Source of the DNA: Octopus sinensis
Taxonomy: Eukaryota
Assembly (NCBI RefSeq): GCF_006345805.1
Contig: NC_043008.1
Span: forward strand, 65,844,001 to 65,908,000
Direction of reading: 5' to 3'
DNA: 64,000 nucleotides
Shown here: positions 25,890 to 38,087 of the stretch, in pieces
Layout: every line of letters starts with the position of its first letter
Position numbering within the stretch: position 1 is the stretch's first letter
Program-made: the position numbers and the translations under genes
Notes under the pieces: model-generated
The model's input: only the letters and a program-made list of their open reading frames with translations
The model's database searches: none
Told to the model about the DNA's origin: nothing

Positions 25890-26656
25890 CATAATTGAAT
25901 TACAGAGGAACATGAGTTACATAAATACTGTCCATAACTTATAGCTCTTTCTGCTATAAGAATATGCCATTTGACCCATTTCACTGAAGTGAATATATAA
26001 AATGACGTATGTATATATGTGGGCGTCAGTTCTTAGTCCTCTATATTTGTGTATACGAATATGTTCATTTTTCTTGTTTAAATATCATATGATATATGTT
26101 GAGTGGGGTCAATGTATGTATGTAATGTATGTATTTATATATGTATCTAACTATTTATACAATTATATGTGCGCATATTTGTATGTAAATTCTTCTGTCT
26201 TTATTTTTTAAATTTCTCACCAAGGAAGAAATAGCCTGTTCCTAACACAAAAATGAAGATCTTTCATTTGATTTCAATCAAACATAAACAGTGGTCACTA
26301 CGTTATTTTTACGCACTATGACAGGTTTGAACCGTAAATGGTCTTCCTCTCTTCAATATTATTTTCACAATCATCTATCCATCCTTTACATTTTAAGAAC
26401 ACATCATGCAAGATAGCATGGACATCTGCAGTATGTCAATTATGTTACTGCGTTTATACTCCAAGAATCAAAGTTTAGTCGCAATTTTATTCTCTCACGT
26501 CAATATTTATGGGTAAGAAACTGTATCTATGGGTACCCGATTTGCAGGATCCTCATCAGTAATCCATAGATACCTCCTTTCTCCTGTATTTTTATTACAT
26601 CACTGATATCATTTGGGTAACTGGATTTCACAACGCTGTATGTTTTTATTTTTAAT

Positions 26657-26842
26657 ATGTCTTCTGCAGAGATAGATGCTAGAGGAGTTTTGGGAACCAG
26701 GTTTCACTCGATCCTCAGGGGTCTTGCACTACCTACGAAAAAAATATATGTTGCCAGGAAACTGTTGGAAGACTCTGAAAATGTTAGCCATTACATTCGG
26801 CTCGAGAGAGAGGACGTGTTTTGCAGCAAAAACGAGCATTAA
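26657..26842 (+). mobile_element. Restriction-like-endonuclease LINE (HERO/NeSL-like) ORF C-terminal remnant
   Basis: EIDARGVLGTRFHSILRGLALPTKKI...LEDSENVSHYIRLER resembles the EVGARG..S...L..LG.....S..A...S..IW..R end of the RLE domain (recognised from memory). Confidence 0.5.
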
Positions 26843-27050
26843 AGAGGATAGAAACATCTGACTCAAAGTCACAACATCTGGCTCGACGAAATTCATGTTG
26901 TTGTGTTGGAGTTTTGCTGCTTATATCAGTGGACAGCCCTGAGAAGCTCCAGTTTTGTGGTAAAAGGAGCCAAGACACCTGCTGGGCTTCTCCACTGCCT
27001 GATGAAGCTTCGACGTCTACATTCGAGACGGAATAGAGCAGCACCAAGAC

Positions 27051-27440
27051 AGCGACCTGGCAGAAACGTTAGCACGCCGGGCAAAATGCTAAGCAGTAGT
27101 TCGTCTGCCTTTACGTTCTGAGTTCAAATTCCGCCGAGGTCGACTTTGCCTTTCATCATTTCGGGGTCGATAAAATAAGTACCAGTTACGCACTGGGGTC
27201 GATATAATCGACTTAATCCGTTTGTCTGTCCTTGTTTGTCCCCTCTGTGTTTAGCCCCTCGTGGGTAGTAAAGAAAGAAGTATATCGTCTGCCTTTACGT
27301 TCTGAGTTCAAATTCCGCCGAGGTTGACTTTGCCTTTCATCCTTTCGGGGTGGATTAAATAAGTACCAGTTGCGTACTGGGGTCGATCTAATCGACTGGC
27401 CCCATCCCCAAAAATTTCGGGCCTTGTGCCTAGAATAGAA
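27051..27440 (+). mobile_element. SINE family B dimer
   Basis: Same architecture as 9868-10300; second unit starts at gtat.tcgtctgcc. Confidence 0.9.
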
Positions 27441-27880
27441 ATGGAATACAGCAGCACCCTCAAAATTCAAGTGTTTACTCTAAATGTGAGCCAAACAACG
27501 ATTTCAGATCAGCTGTGTTTTAATTTGGTTGCTATTTTGTTACTATTTTTCCATTTACGCCCCATCGATATTCCTTTGATCTATCAATAAATTCATTTTT
27601 CATTGTTGCTATTTTTTCTCTCTCATTCAGTTCTCGATTCCTTTGACTACCACATCATACCTTGCAGAAAGATAACATGAAGAAGACATTCTTTTACAGA
27701 TGACAATGATGTGGAGAACGCCCTCAGGTTTGCTTATGCGTAACCTATATTCTTTTATGATCAAAATCACCTATTTTTGTGTATGAGTAGTCGTTACATG
27801 CATGTATATGCGTGTGTATGTATGCATACATGAATGTATGTATGCATATATGAATTATGTATGAGTATATTATTATGTGT

Positions 27881-28120
27881 GGAGGCGCGTGGCTTAGTGG
27901 TTAGGGTGTCAGCATCATGTTCGTAAGATTGTCGTTTCGATTCCTAGAGCGGGCGACGCGTTGTGTTCTTGCGCAAAACACTTCATTTCACGTTGCTCCA
28001 GTCCACTCATCTGGCAAAAATGAGTAAGGCTGCGATGGACTGGCGCTGGGGAAAACATACGCCACTGAAACCGGAATACCGGGCCCATGAGCCTGGCTAG
28101 GCTTTAAAAGGGCGCATTTA
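27881..28120 (+). mobile_element. SINE family C, full length
   Basis: A box TGGCTTAGTGG, B-box-like GTTTCGATTCC, body shared with family D, tail ...ccgggcccatgagcctggctaggctttaaaagggcgcatt. Confidence 0.85.
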
Positions 28121-28937
28121 TTTTATATTATTATTATATTATTATGAGTATATGCATGTCTGTATACCCGTTTGTGTGTAATTATGCATGTATGTATATT
28201 TGTATTTATGTATGCGTGCATCTATGCATGTATTGTGTATGAATGCGTTTATCTATGTGTCTACAGTTTGATCAATTTGGAAGTAACTGGCAATATGTAA
28301 TCTATGTCTCTCGCAACTAAACCACCTTCCCAGCCAAGCCGTGAGAGGAGAGTTGCTAGAAATCAAGCAAGACTCATCAAAAATGCAGATGTACTCAGCA
28401 TGGGATCAGCTTCATCTAGTAACTGTGCTTGAGAAAATAGAAATACTGGCGATGGTGTACATGCGCACTGGAAAAGTGGCTTGCGACTAACGGACCCCTA
28501 TTTCTTGTGAATGTTCTTTTGTCAAAGTACTCAGTCAAGGAATGCATTTGATGTGGCTCCTTAGCTGAGGCGAGGGTGACATAATATACGGCTCTTTTGT
28601 CTTGTGGGTTACTTCAGGAAGACAAAGATTAAGGACGTCTGGTATGGTGTGGATCTAAATCGATAAGATACCGCTACCTTCGTATGTTCTTCGTATATCA
28701 TGATGCAGAGCTATAGTAGCTTAGGCTGTAGCTCATATCACTTACACGAGTACCTTCTACCATGTTGATACTCATTAAAACGTACATTCAACAAAGGAGC
28801 CAAAATTAGAGACGGTTGCCATTATAGAATTCAATGGACATCCTTTAGCATATGCATACGTATGTGTGTAAGCATGAAATTTGTTTCATTCTTGAATGTG
28901 TATGTTTTGACATATATATATATATATATTATATATA

Positions 28938-28993
<56 letters not shown>

Positions 28994-29012
28994 CAATTTA
29001 TATGAAGCAAAG

Positions 29013-29131
29013 TTTATTTGCCAACATAATGTGGCAGTCCTATATAAGGACAATGTTACTGTGTTTTAGTCCCCCTAAAAGACAGTAACATCGTCCTTGT
29101 ATAGGACTGCCACATTATGTAGGCAAATAAA
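29013..29131. repeat. Long near-perfect inverted repeat (57-bp arms, 4 mismatches, 5-nt loop)
   Basis: tttatttgccaacataatgtggcagtcctatataaggacaatgttactgt-g-ttttag TCCCC ctaaaa-g-acagtaacatcgtccttgtataggactgccacattatgtaggcaaataaa. Confidence 0.95.
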
Positions 29132-31116
29132 ATTCAGTACTGGTACTTCATATCTCTCATCAGAGATTTAAAAACAAGTTGTTTTTCTCCTTAACACCAC
29201 ACGCACACGCACACGCACATATATATATATATTATATATATATATATATATAATATATATATATATATCTATATATACAACACACACACATACATACATC
29301 TGCTTGTTTGTCTGCACATGTGTATATTGGAGAAATAGTCAGACCATTGATAAAAGTTCGGCTGGACAGGTTTATAGTTTTTCTATCGTTTTACAATCGT
29401 GCGCTGGGAATATTTAAACTGTTCGACCTCCATCACTAATATCATTTGAGAATTTTGTTATGTCTAGTTGTATGCATACATCGATGAATGAATGTCTGTA
29501 TAAGTGCACCTATATGCACATTTGCTTATACATGCACTTGTACACACAGTAGTAGATTAAGAGTAGATCTCTATCTGTACAATGGTATGTAGCTCTGTGT
29601 GTCTGAGTGTGAGTATCTAAGCGTATATGTATGTGTTTTGTAACTGAATGTTACCATGTTTACTTAGCTGAATGCGTACTGCAGAGACGTCTGTGTGTGT
29701 TAGTGTTTGCGTTGTACACATTTCTATACACACGTATGTACGTTTACCTCTGTGTTTGTGTGTGTGCGTGTGTGTGTGTGTATGTGTGTGTGTGTGTTTT
29801 CTGAGATTGATTTTGGTTTATGCAAATATTTGAGTGAATTTATTTATTAGTATACGCAAGAATGTATATGTGAACCTGTGTTCATGTGTGTGTGTGTGTA
29901 TATATATATATGTGTGTGTGTATATATATATGTGTGTGTGTGTGTGTGTGCGAGAACGTGAATACGTAGATATCTGTGAGAACACATATTGGTGAGAGAA
30001 TATATGTGTGTGTAAATATGCCGCTATTTAAGTGTGTATGAGTGTACGTGAGTACATATATTTTGCTTATGTGAGAATGTGCATCAGAATTGTCAGAATA
30101 TGTTTGTGTATATACATGTGTGTGAATGTGAGAATTTATATGTGTGTAAGTATATATGTATGTCTAGGAGGAAGTTATGAGTGTATGTGTGTCTGTAAGT
30201 GTAATGTCTGTCAATGAATATATGTGTTTCTATGTATGAGTATCTATATGTATATTTACGTGTGTGGATATTTGTGAGAATGTATATTTGGGTGTATATA
30301 AGTGCACATGAAAGAGAATATGCATGTGTAAGTATGTGTGACAGTATTTGTGAGTATATATGTTTCTATGAATGCATGTGTATCAATAAATGTGTGTATG
30401 TGTATATATGAGTGTTTATGGTTGTGTATATATATATGTGTGTGATTACGCATTTGTGAATATTTGAGAATGTATGTCTGGTACGTATAGTCATATGTGT
30501 GTGTATGTGTGTGTGTGCATGTGGGTTGGTGTGTGTGTGTGTGTGTGTGTGTGATTTTATGTGTATGTGTGTGTCTCGGTCTGTGTGCATATGTGTGTCT
30601 CCATTAGCATGCATGATTAAGAGCTGATTGCTTCCTAAATCAAAGCAGATCTCATAATTCACTACATAGAACTTACTAAATTAAATAGGATTTTTTTTTT
30701 GTTTTTTGTAGCTGATTTTTTTTAAACATAATATCATCATCATCATCATCATCATCACACAACAATAACAACAAGTAAAATACAAAACACCAACAGCGAG
30801 GCTATCAACAAGAACAATAACAACATCAACAACAAGAAAAAGCAATAACAAAATGTAATAAAAATAGTAACAACAACAATAACGATACTGATAACAGAAA
30901 TACAAAAAATATAAAGAATTTCAATAATAATCTCATATGGAAAATATTAAGAACACCAGTACCAACAGCAACAACAATAATAATATAAAACAGATATGAC
31001 CATGCCAATAAGGAAATAACACAAGGGTCTACAACAACATAAAGAACAACAAGAATAATATTTCAGCAATAACAGGAACAAACAAAGGTCGGATAATAAC
31101 TTTCTTAAAATTAAAT

Positions 31117-31805
31117 CGGCGAGCTGGCAGAAACGTTAGCACACCGGGCGGGATGCTTCGCTGTATTTCGTCTGCTGCTATGTTCTGAGTTCAAATTCCA
31201 CCGAGGTCGACTTTGCCTTTCGTCCTTAAAGAGGCGGCGAGCTGGCAGAATCGTTAGCAAAGCTGGGCAAAATGCTTCGCTGTATTTCGTCTGCCGCTAC
31301 GTTCTGAGTTCAAATTCCACCGAGGTCGACTTTGCCTTTCATCCTTTCGCGGTCAATTAAATAAGTACCAGTTACTCAATTGCAGTTGATATAATCGACT
31401 TCATCCGTTTGTCTGTCCTTGTTTGTCCTCTCTGTGTTTAGCCCCTTGTGGGTAGTAAAGAAATAGGTATTTCATCTGCCGCTACGTTCTGAGTTCAAAT
31501 TACGCCGAAGTCGACTTTGCCTTTCATCCTTTCGAGGTCGATAAATAAAGTACCAGTTACGCACTGGGGTCGATGTAATCGACTTAATCCCTTTGTTTGT
31601 CCCCTTTATGTTTAGCTCTTTGTGGGTAATAAAGAAATAAGAAACGTTAGCACGTCCGGCGAAATGCGTAGCGGTATTTCATCTCTCTTTAGGTTCTGAG
31701 ATCAAATTCCGCCGAGCTTGACTTTGCATTTCGTGGTCGATAAATTAACTAATCGACTAGCACCTTCTCCAAAAATTTTGGGCTTTTTGCCTAGAGTAGA
31801 AAAGA
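31117..31805 (+). mobile_element. SINE family B tandem array (four units)
   Basis: Repeated heads and bodies separated by the internal linker; last unit carries the terminal tail. Confidence 0.9.
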
Positions 31806-32149
31806 AAATTTTTGTATACAATACCATTAATAACAGTAGCAACAATAATGAAGAACAACAGCATTATTTTGCCTTTTGCTTGTTTTAGCCATTAGAGTGC
31901 GGCCATGCAGGAGCACCGCCTTAAAGAACTTATTTTCGATAAGCCTGGTACTTATTCTTTCGTTATCTTTTTGCCGAACCGCTAATTTAAGGGGACGTAA
32001 ATGCACCAACACCGGTTGACAAGTGGTAGTGAGGGAAATACAGAAACAAAGAGACACGCTCAAAGATACCATCCATTGAATTACAAAGGAAAAGACAACT
32101 CAGTTGATCTTGAACGATTTCAATAAATTTCGTGTGTGTGTGTGTGTAC

Positions 32150-32305
32150 CATGGGCTTCTTTCAGTTTTCGTCTACCATATACATACACATGGCTTTGGT
32201 CTGTCAAAAGCTATAGCAGAAGACACTTGCCCAAGTTGCCACGCTGGGAGACTGAACCCGAAACAATATGATTAGAAAGCAAGTTTCTTACCACACAGTC
32301 ACGCA
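32150..32305 (-). mobile_element. SINE family A, 5' half
   Basis: gggcttctttcagttttcgtctacca...gaagacacttgcccaag...actgaaccc. Confidence 0.8.
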
Positions 32306-32332
32306 ATAATAATATTACTAGTAATAATAATC

Positions 32333-32485
32333 CTTTCTACTACAGGAACAAGGCTTGAAATCTTGTGGGAGAGAACTAGTCAATTACAACAACTCCAGTG
32401 TTTCATTGGTACTTGATTTATCGATCCCGAAAGGATGAATTCGGCGGAATTTGAACTCAAAACGTAATGACGAGCGAAATACCTC

Positions 32486-32534
<49 letters not shown>

Positions 32535-32930
32535 CCTTTCTACAATAGGCACAAGGCCTGAAATTTGAGGTAGGGGACTAGTCGATTACATCGACCAAAG
32601 TACGCAACTGGTACTTAATTTATCAATTTCGAAAGGATGAAAGGCAAAGTCGACCTCGGCGGAATTTGAACTCAGAACGTGAAGACAGACGAAATACCTA
32701 TTTCCTTACTACCCACAAGGGGCTAAACACAGAGGGGACAAACAAGGACAGACAAACGGATTAAGTCGATTATATCGACCCCAGTGCGTAACTGGTACTT
32801 AATTTATCGACAGCGAAAGGATGAAAGGCAAAGTCGACCTCGGCGGAATTTGAACTCAGAACGTAACGGCAGACGAAATACGGCTACGCATTTGACCCGG
32901 CGTGCTAACGTTTCTGCCAGCTCGCCACCT
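32333..32930 (-). mobile_element. SINE family B dimer plus a third unit after an (ATT)n tail
   Basis: Reverse complement shows full unit, linker, head-truncated unit, tail, (ATT)n, then another truncated unit. Confidence 0.9.
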
Positions 32931-32932
32931 TA

Positions 32933-32967
<35 letters not shown>

Positions 32968-34324
32968 GAAGAAGAATAAGAAAGAAGAATAAGAAGAAGA
33001 AAGAAGAAGAAGGAAGAGAAGCAAGAAGAAAGAAGAAGAAGAAGAAGAAGAAGAAGAAGAAGAAGAAGAAGAAGAAGAAGAAGAATCTGCTGAAGTGTTG
33101 TAACAATGCATAACGCTAACACCAATAAAAACACAGAAACAGCAACTCCAGCCTCAACAGTAACAGAAAAAGAATAAAAATGATAAGGAGGATGGGGGAG
33201 GGGAGGGGAGGAGGAGGAGGGGAGGGGAGGGGGAGGAGGGGAAGGGAGAAAGGGAAGGGAAGGGAAGGGAAGGGAAGGGAAGGGAAGGGAGGGGTCCGAC
33301 AGATACTTTAAGAAAAACAACTGTTAATATCCTCATTCTATAATTCTTGCTAATATATTCAATAAACATGCTTTCTGTGCTTCCTGCTTCACCAAATGTC
33401 AAATACACTTTCCCTGATTTGATTTAATGAGGTTTTATTATTAATTATTTACTTCATTCACAATTTCAGTATACTTTTCGACTAGGACTAGTTAGACTTT
33501 ATTACAGAGTTATCTTTTCTTTAATTACTGTATTACTATCTGAAACCCAGCTTAGTTCTGTAATCCTATTGACCTACGATCAAAAATGTATTTCAGTCGT
33601 GATTATCTCATCTTTTTTAGTATATCGATGACTACATTCATTGATAAATCCTATCTGGTTTTTAAGACAGCCGGGTGTGATTTTAGGATGGCTTCGTTGT
33701 TATTTCTAGCAGGTCTGCTGGATCTAATGTTCGGATGTCTTTTGGTGATTCGAGCATGTTTTGAATTGGATCTGGAGTATTTTACAGAGTTCTTTTTTAA
33801 CTTAACGATTTCTATAAACTTCTGACTAGACTCACTTCCTTCTTGGTATTGAATCATGTATATTTTCTACCAGGATTGAATCAGTAATATTACTATTTAT
33901 CATTCAAAAATCTTTTTTGTCTAGTACTAAGTTTCTTGTCTTTCCTCCCACTTACAACAGTTCACAAATGAACAAAAAACTCGCTGTACAGTTAACTAAC
34001 TTGTTAGATAAGGCACGTAAATCCCGCTTGAATAATTCCCTATCGACTCTAAAGATACAAGTTATATATAATGTGATCGTAGGTGTAATATTCTGGAAAA
34101 TATAGGAATGTTCATGACTGGAACACTCAGATGAGACCTGACATGGGAATTAAACATCAACAACACCTTAAAATATTCTACTTACCTCTTAGTTACTTAA
34201 TCTAATTTATCTTAAACTAGCGGGACCTGTGAATATTTCATGGAATTAATGGTAACTTAATTAGGCTATACAGTTCTATATTTAAGAGATGAGGAATTCT
34301 TTATTTTCTTTTTGTCCTTTTTTC

Positions 34325-34543
34325 TTTTATTTGTTTCAGTCATTTGACTGCGGCGATGCTGGAGCACCGCCTTTAGTCGAGCAAATCGACCCCAAGAGTT
34401 ATTCTTTGTAAGCCTGGTACTTATTCTGTCGATCTCTTCCCAAACCGCTAAGTGACGGGGACGTAAACACACCAGCATCGGTTGTCAAGCGATGCTGGGT
34501 GGGTGGACAAACACAGAAACAAAAACATATACACCCATATATA

Positions 34544-34599
<56 letters not shown>

Positions 34600-34757
34600 C
34601 GATGGGCTTCTTTTACTTTCCGTCAACCAAATCCACTCACAAGGCTTTGGTCGGCCCGAGGCTATAGTAGAAGACACTTGCCCAAGGTGCCACGCAGTGG
34701 GACTGAACCCAGAACCATGTGGTTGGTAAGCAAGCTACTTACGGCACAACCACTCCT
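34325..34757 (-). mobile_element. SINE family A, near full length
   Basis: Reverse complement of the family A consensus with internal (TA)(TG) tract. Confidence 0.9.
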
Positions 34758-34769
34758 GATGTACATTAT

Positions 34770-34905
34770 TTACATTATTTACATTCGACGGCTATTTGTC
34801 CTCATCTTGTTTGTTGTTAACACAACGTTTCGGCTGATATACCCTCCAGCCTTCTTCAGATGTCTTGGGAAAATTTCGACCCTGGGTTCTCATTCTCTAA
34901 GGTAT
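34770..34905 (-). mobile_element. Penelope-type terminal sequence (family P2), inverted partial copy
   Basis: Homologous to 35079-35158 in opposite orientation; contains a hammerhead fold. Confidence 0.65.
34820..34863 (-). ncRNA. Minimal type I hammerhead ribozyme motif
   Basis: Minus: ACAT-CTGAAGA-A-GGCTG(gagggtatat)CAGCC-GAAA-C-GT-T-GTGT; intact CUGANGA and GAAA, 5-bp stem II, 4-bp stem I, loopless ACGU stem III; predicted triplet GUU is suboptimal. Confidence 0.7.
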
Positions 34906-34911
34906 GCCCAC

Positions 34912-35010
34912 GGCCATATGGCGTAGTAGTTAAGAGCGCGGGCTACTAACCCCAATATTCAGAGTTCGATTCCAAGCAGTGACATGAACAATAACAATAA
35001 TGATAATAAC

Positions 35011-35067
<57 letters not shown>

Positions 35068-35158
35068 TCGAAAAATACTGGAGTGTATATCAGCCGAAAT
35101 GTTGTATTAACAACAAACAAGATGAGGACAAATATCCGTCGAATGTAAATAATGTTAA
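34912..35158 (+). mobile_element. tRNA-headed element with (AAT)n spacer and family P2 tail (internally deleted)
   Basis: A-box-like TGGCGTAGTAG, B box GTTCGATTCC, (AAT)n, then tggagtgtatatcagccgaaatgttgtattaacaacaaacaagatgaggacaaatatccgtcgaatgtaaataatgt. Confidence 0.65.
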
Positions 35159-35160
35159 TA

Positions 35161-35480
35161 GGCGCAGGAGTGGCTGTGTGGTAAGTAGCTTGCTAACCAG
35201 CCACATGGTTCCGGGTTCAGTCCCACTGCGCGGCATCTTGGGCAAGTGTCTTCTGCTATAGCCCCGGGCCAACCAATGCCTTGTGAGTGGATTTGGTAGA
35301 CGGAAACTGAAAGAAGCCTGTCGTATATATGTATATATATGTATGTTTGTGTGTCTGTGTTTCTCCCTCTAGCATTGCTTGACAACCGATGCTGGTGTGT
35401 TTACGTCCCCCGTCACTTAGCGGTTCGGCAAAAGAGACCGATAGAATAAGTACTGGGCTTACAAAAGAATAAGTCTTCAT
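35161..35480 (+). mobile_element. SINE family A, 3'-truncated
   Basis: ggcgcaggagtggctgtgtggtaagtagc...tactgggcttacaaaagaataagtc. Confidence 0.9.
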
Positions 35481-35928
35481 TCAAAAGTCCTGAAGGCGTG
35501 ACCTGTTTTGTGTCTGTACGGAAAGATAGTCGCTTATGTGCTACTCATTGACAAGTGGAAGAAATTGGAATACAATGATTACTTAATGCACCTTATATAT
35601 ATATACACCTTTATCTACTTTATGCACAATTTTATAGACTTAATAAACAGCACCCGTAAAGTAAATATTCACTCTTATTTTTTCCATTTTTCCCATAAAC
35701 AAAAGAAGTGCACCGTACAACCTTTAGTTAAATTACATATATCTGCCACTTAAATAAGCGTGAATATATCACGGAATTGCACCTTTGCGCACGCGTTAAA
35801 TGATAGGAGATACAAAAAAACAGTTCAAATTTTTTTTAAACTACACTTTTCACTATCCAATCACCACTGCCACCTCCACCAACACCACTTCCATCTCCAT
35901 CGCCACCACACCACCTTCGTTAACTCTT

Positions 35929-35976
<48 letters not shown>

Positions 35977-36439
35977 TTTAGCCTCACCATCAGAACATCC
36001 CACCTCTGCTAAAGTTATATTTTTAAATCTCCTCTATATTACTACCTTCAACTAGCATTTTTAACTACGTAATATTACGTTCCTTCTACCTCAAATCGTG
36101 GATGCTTCTCTCTACCACTTTTATCCTTTCAGTTTTTTTCTCTCTCCCTCTTTGTCTTTCTCCCTCTTTCTGTCTCACTCTTCGCCTTATCCTCTTTTCT
36201 CTCCTTTGTCTTTCTCCTCTCTTTCCTTTCAACCAATCGCGTGAAAGCGTTAAAATTACACTCCCTCTACCTCACGTCATGGACGCTTCTTTCTCCCTCT
36301 TCACTTTCTCCCTCTTTTTCCCTAATCACCTAAGTAACAGAATGTCAAGCAGAATTATCATAAGATATTATCAATCAGGTTGGGTTCGACTATGTTTCTA
36401 AAGAGATGAGGACCTTATAAGATCGACAAATATCTGGAT

Positions 36440-36942
36440 TTGTCACCATGACCACAATGGTGGTGATCATAATCGTGGTTTTTGTGATGGTTACACTAGC
36501 GTTTCTGGAGGTACTAATGGGTGCTGGTGGTGCTGGTTGTGTGCTACAGGTGGTGGTGATTGTAGTAGTGCTGGTGCTGATGCTGATGCTGGTACTGATG
36601 CTATTGATACTGGTGATGGTAGTAGTGGCGGCGACGGCGGCATCGGTGACAGTGGTGGTGGTGGTGGTGGTGGTGGTAGTGGGGTAGTGGTGGTCGTGGT
36701 GGTAGTGGTGGTCGTGGTAGTGTTGGCGGTGGTCGTGGTAGTGGTGGTGGTTGACGTGGCGGAGGCGGAGGAGGCAGTGGAGTTAGTGATGGTGGTAGTG
36801 GTTGTTGCGGCGGCGATGGCGGTCGTGGTGATGGTATTGGTAGTTGTGACGGTGCTGGTGGTGGCTGTGGTGGTGGTGGCGGCGGCGGTTGTGGCGGTGG
36901 TAGTGGTGTTGTTGAGAACGCTTGTAGTCGTGGTGATGCTGC

Positions 36943-36981
<39 letters not shown>

Positions 36982-37010
36982 CAGCAGCAGCATTTGTGAT
37001 GATTCTATAA
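36440..37010. repeat. Cryptic (GTN/GCN)n tract
   Basis: Directly visible. Confidence 0.9.
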
Positions 37011-37514
37011 TGGGAGCTATATAAATGCTATTGATACTGGTGTATACAGTATGGCATGGTCTATCATTTGATTGCTAATTTAGTACTAAGCTCTGATTAT
37101 ATAAACGTTTGTAGTACATAGTAGAATAAATGAACTCTTTGATCACTGATTAATTAGATCTGCTATCAGTTTCAAGCCTAATGAGATACTCTGATTAGTT
37201 TCTCGCTACATTCCAGAATCTTTGTTAGTTGAGAGAACAACATAATATAAATAAGCTTCAGGTGGATGGGCCAACGATAGGACGATAACCTATATGCAGT
37301 CAATCTTCCTTCTAGAAATAGCAGCCAAGTTCTATTCATAACAAAACTTGCTTTTGTTAAACGATATTTACTACATTGTATGTGCATGTGAAGAGACAGA
37401 CAAACAAACAAGTACAGAGAGAGAGGGAGAGAGAGAGAAAGAAAGGGGGAGAGATAGCAAATTGGACAGATAGATAGATAGATAGATAGATAGATGACAT
37501 ATGGTATGTGAATG

Positions 37515-37557
<43 letters not shown>

Positions 37558-37597
37558 GAAGTGAGTGTATATATATATATATATATACATGAAGTGA

Positions 37598-37632
<35 letters not shown>

Positions 37633-37815
37633 CATACATACATAAATACATACATACATACATACATACATACATAACCACACACATTGAAACCGTACGG
37701 TCTGGTGGTCCCGTTGGTGGAAGATGATAAGGATCGCTCCCCTGCTTGCAATACAAGCATTTACATGAGACATATATGTGTGTATGTCTATATAGACATA
37801 AACACACAATACATA

Positions 37816-37875
<60 letters not shown>

Positions 37876-37877
37876 TT

Positions 37878-37936
<59 letters not shown>

Positions 37937-37938
<2 letters not shown>

Positions 37939-38087
37939 GACGGGCTTCTTAAGTTTCCGTCTACCAAATCACTCACAAGGGTTTGGTCGGCCTGGGGCTA
38001 TAGTAGAAGACACTGCCCAAAGTGCCACGCAGTGGGAACGAACCCGTGGCTGGTCAACAATCTACTTACCACACAGCCACTCCTGCA
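37937..38087 (-). mobile_element. SINE family A, 5' half
   Basis: cgacgggcttctt..gtttccgtctaccaaatc..cacagccactcctgcac. Confidence 0.85.

Noticed and set aside
26523-26573. 10-bp inverted repeat GTATCTATGG/CCATAGATAC enclosing CTGATGA on the minus strand
   Set aside because: No GAAA/UH half, so not a hammerhead; spacing does not fit SECIS or C/D snoRNA
26690-26722. Minus-strand CTGAGGA...GAAA
   Set aside because: Stem II has only a 2-nt loop and stem I cannot pair
28390-28440. Minus-strand LLDEADPML resembling DEAD-box motif II
   Set aside because: No flanking helicase motifs in frame and a stop follows shortly; likely chance
33586-34105. Possible LINE RT or PLE fragment suggested by KNQIGF-like words
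   Set aside because: Motifs are not collinear in a consistent frame; part of it (tatttctagcagg) looks like a short non-coding repeat also seen inverted near 37310
34912-34983. Possible functional tRNA gene
   Set aside because: A/B boxes are present but the acceptor and anticodon stems pair poorly and it runs into a repeat tail; treated as a SINE head
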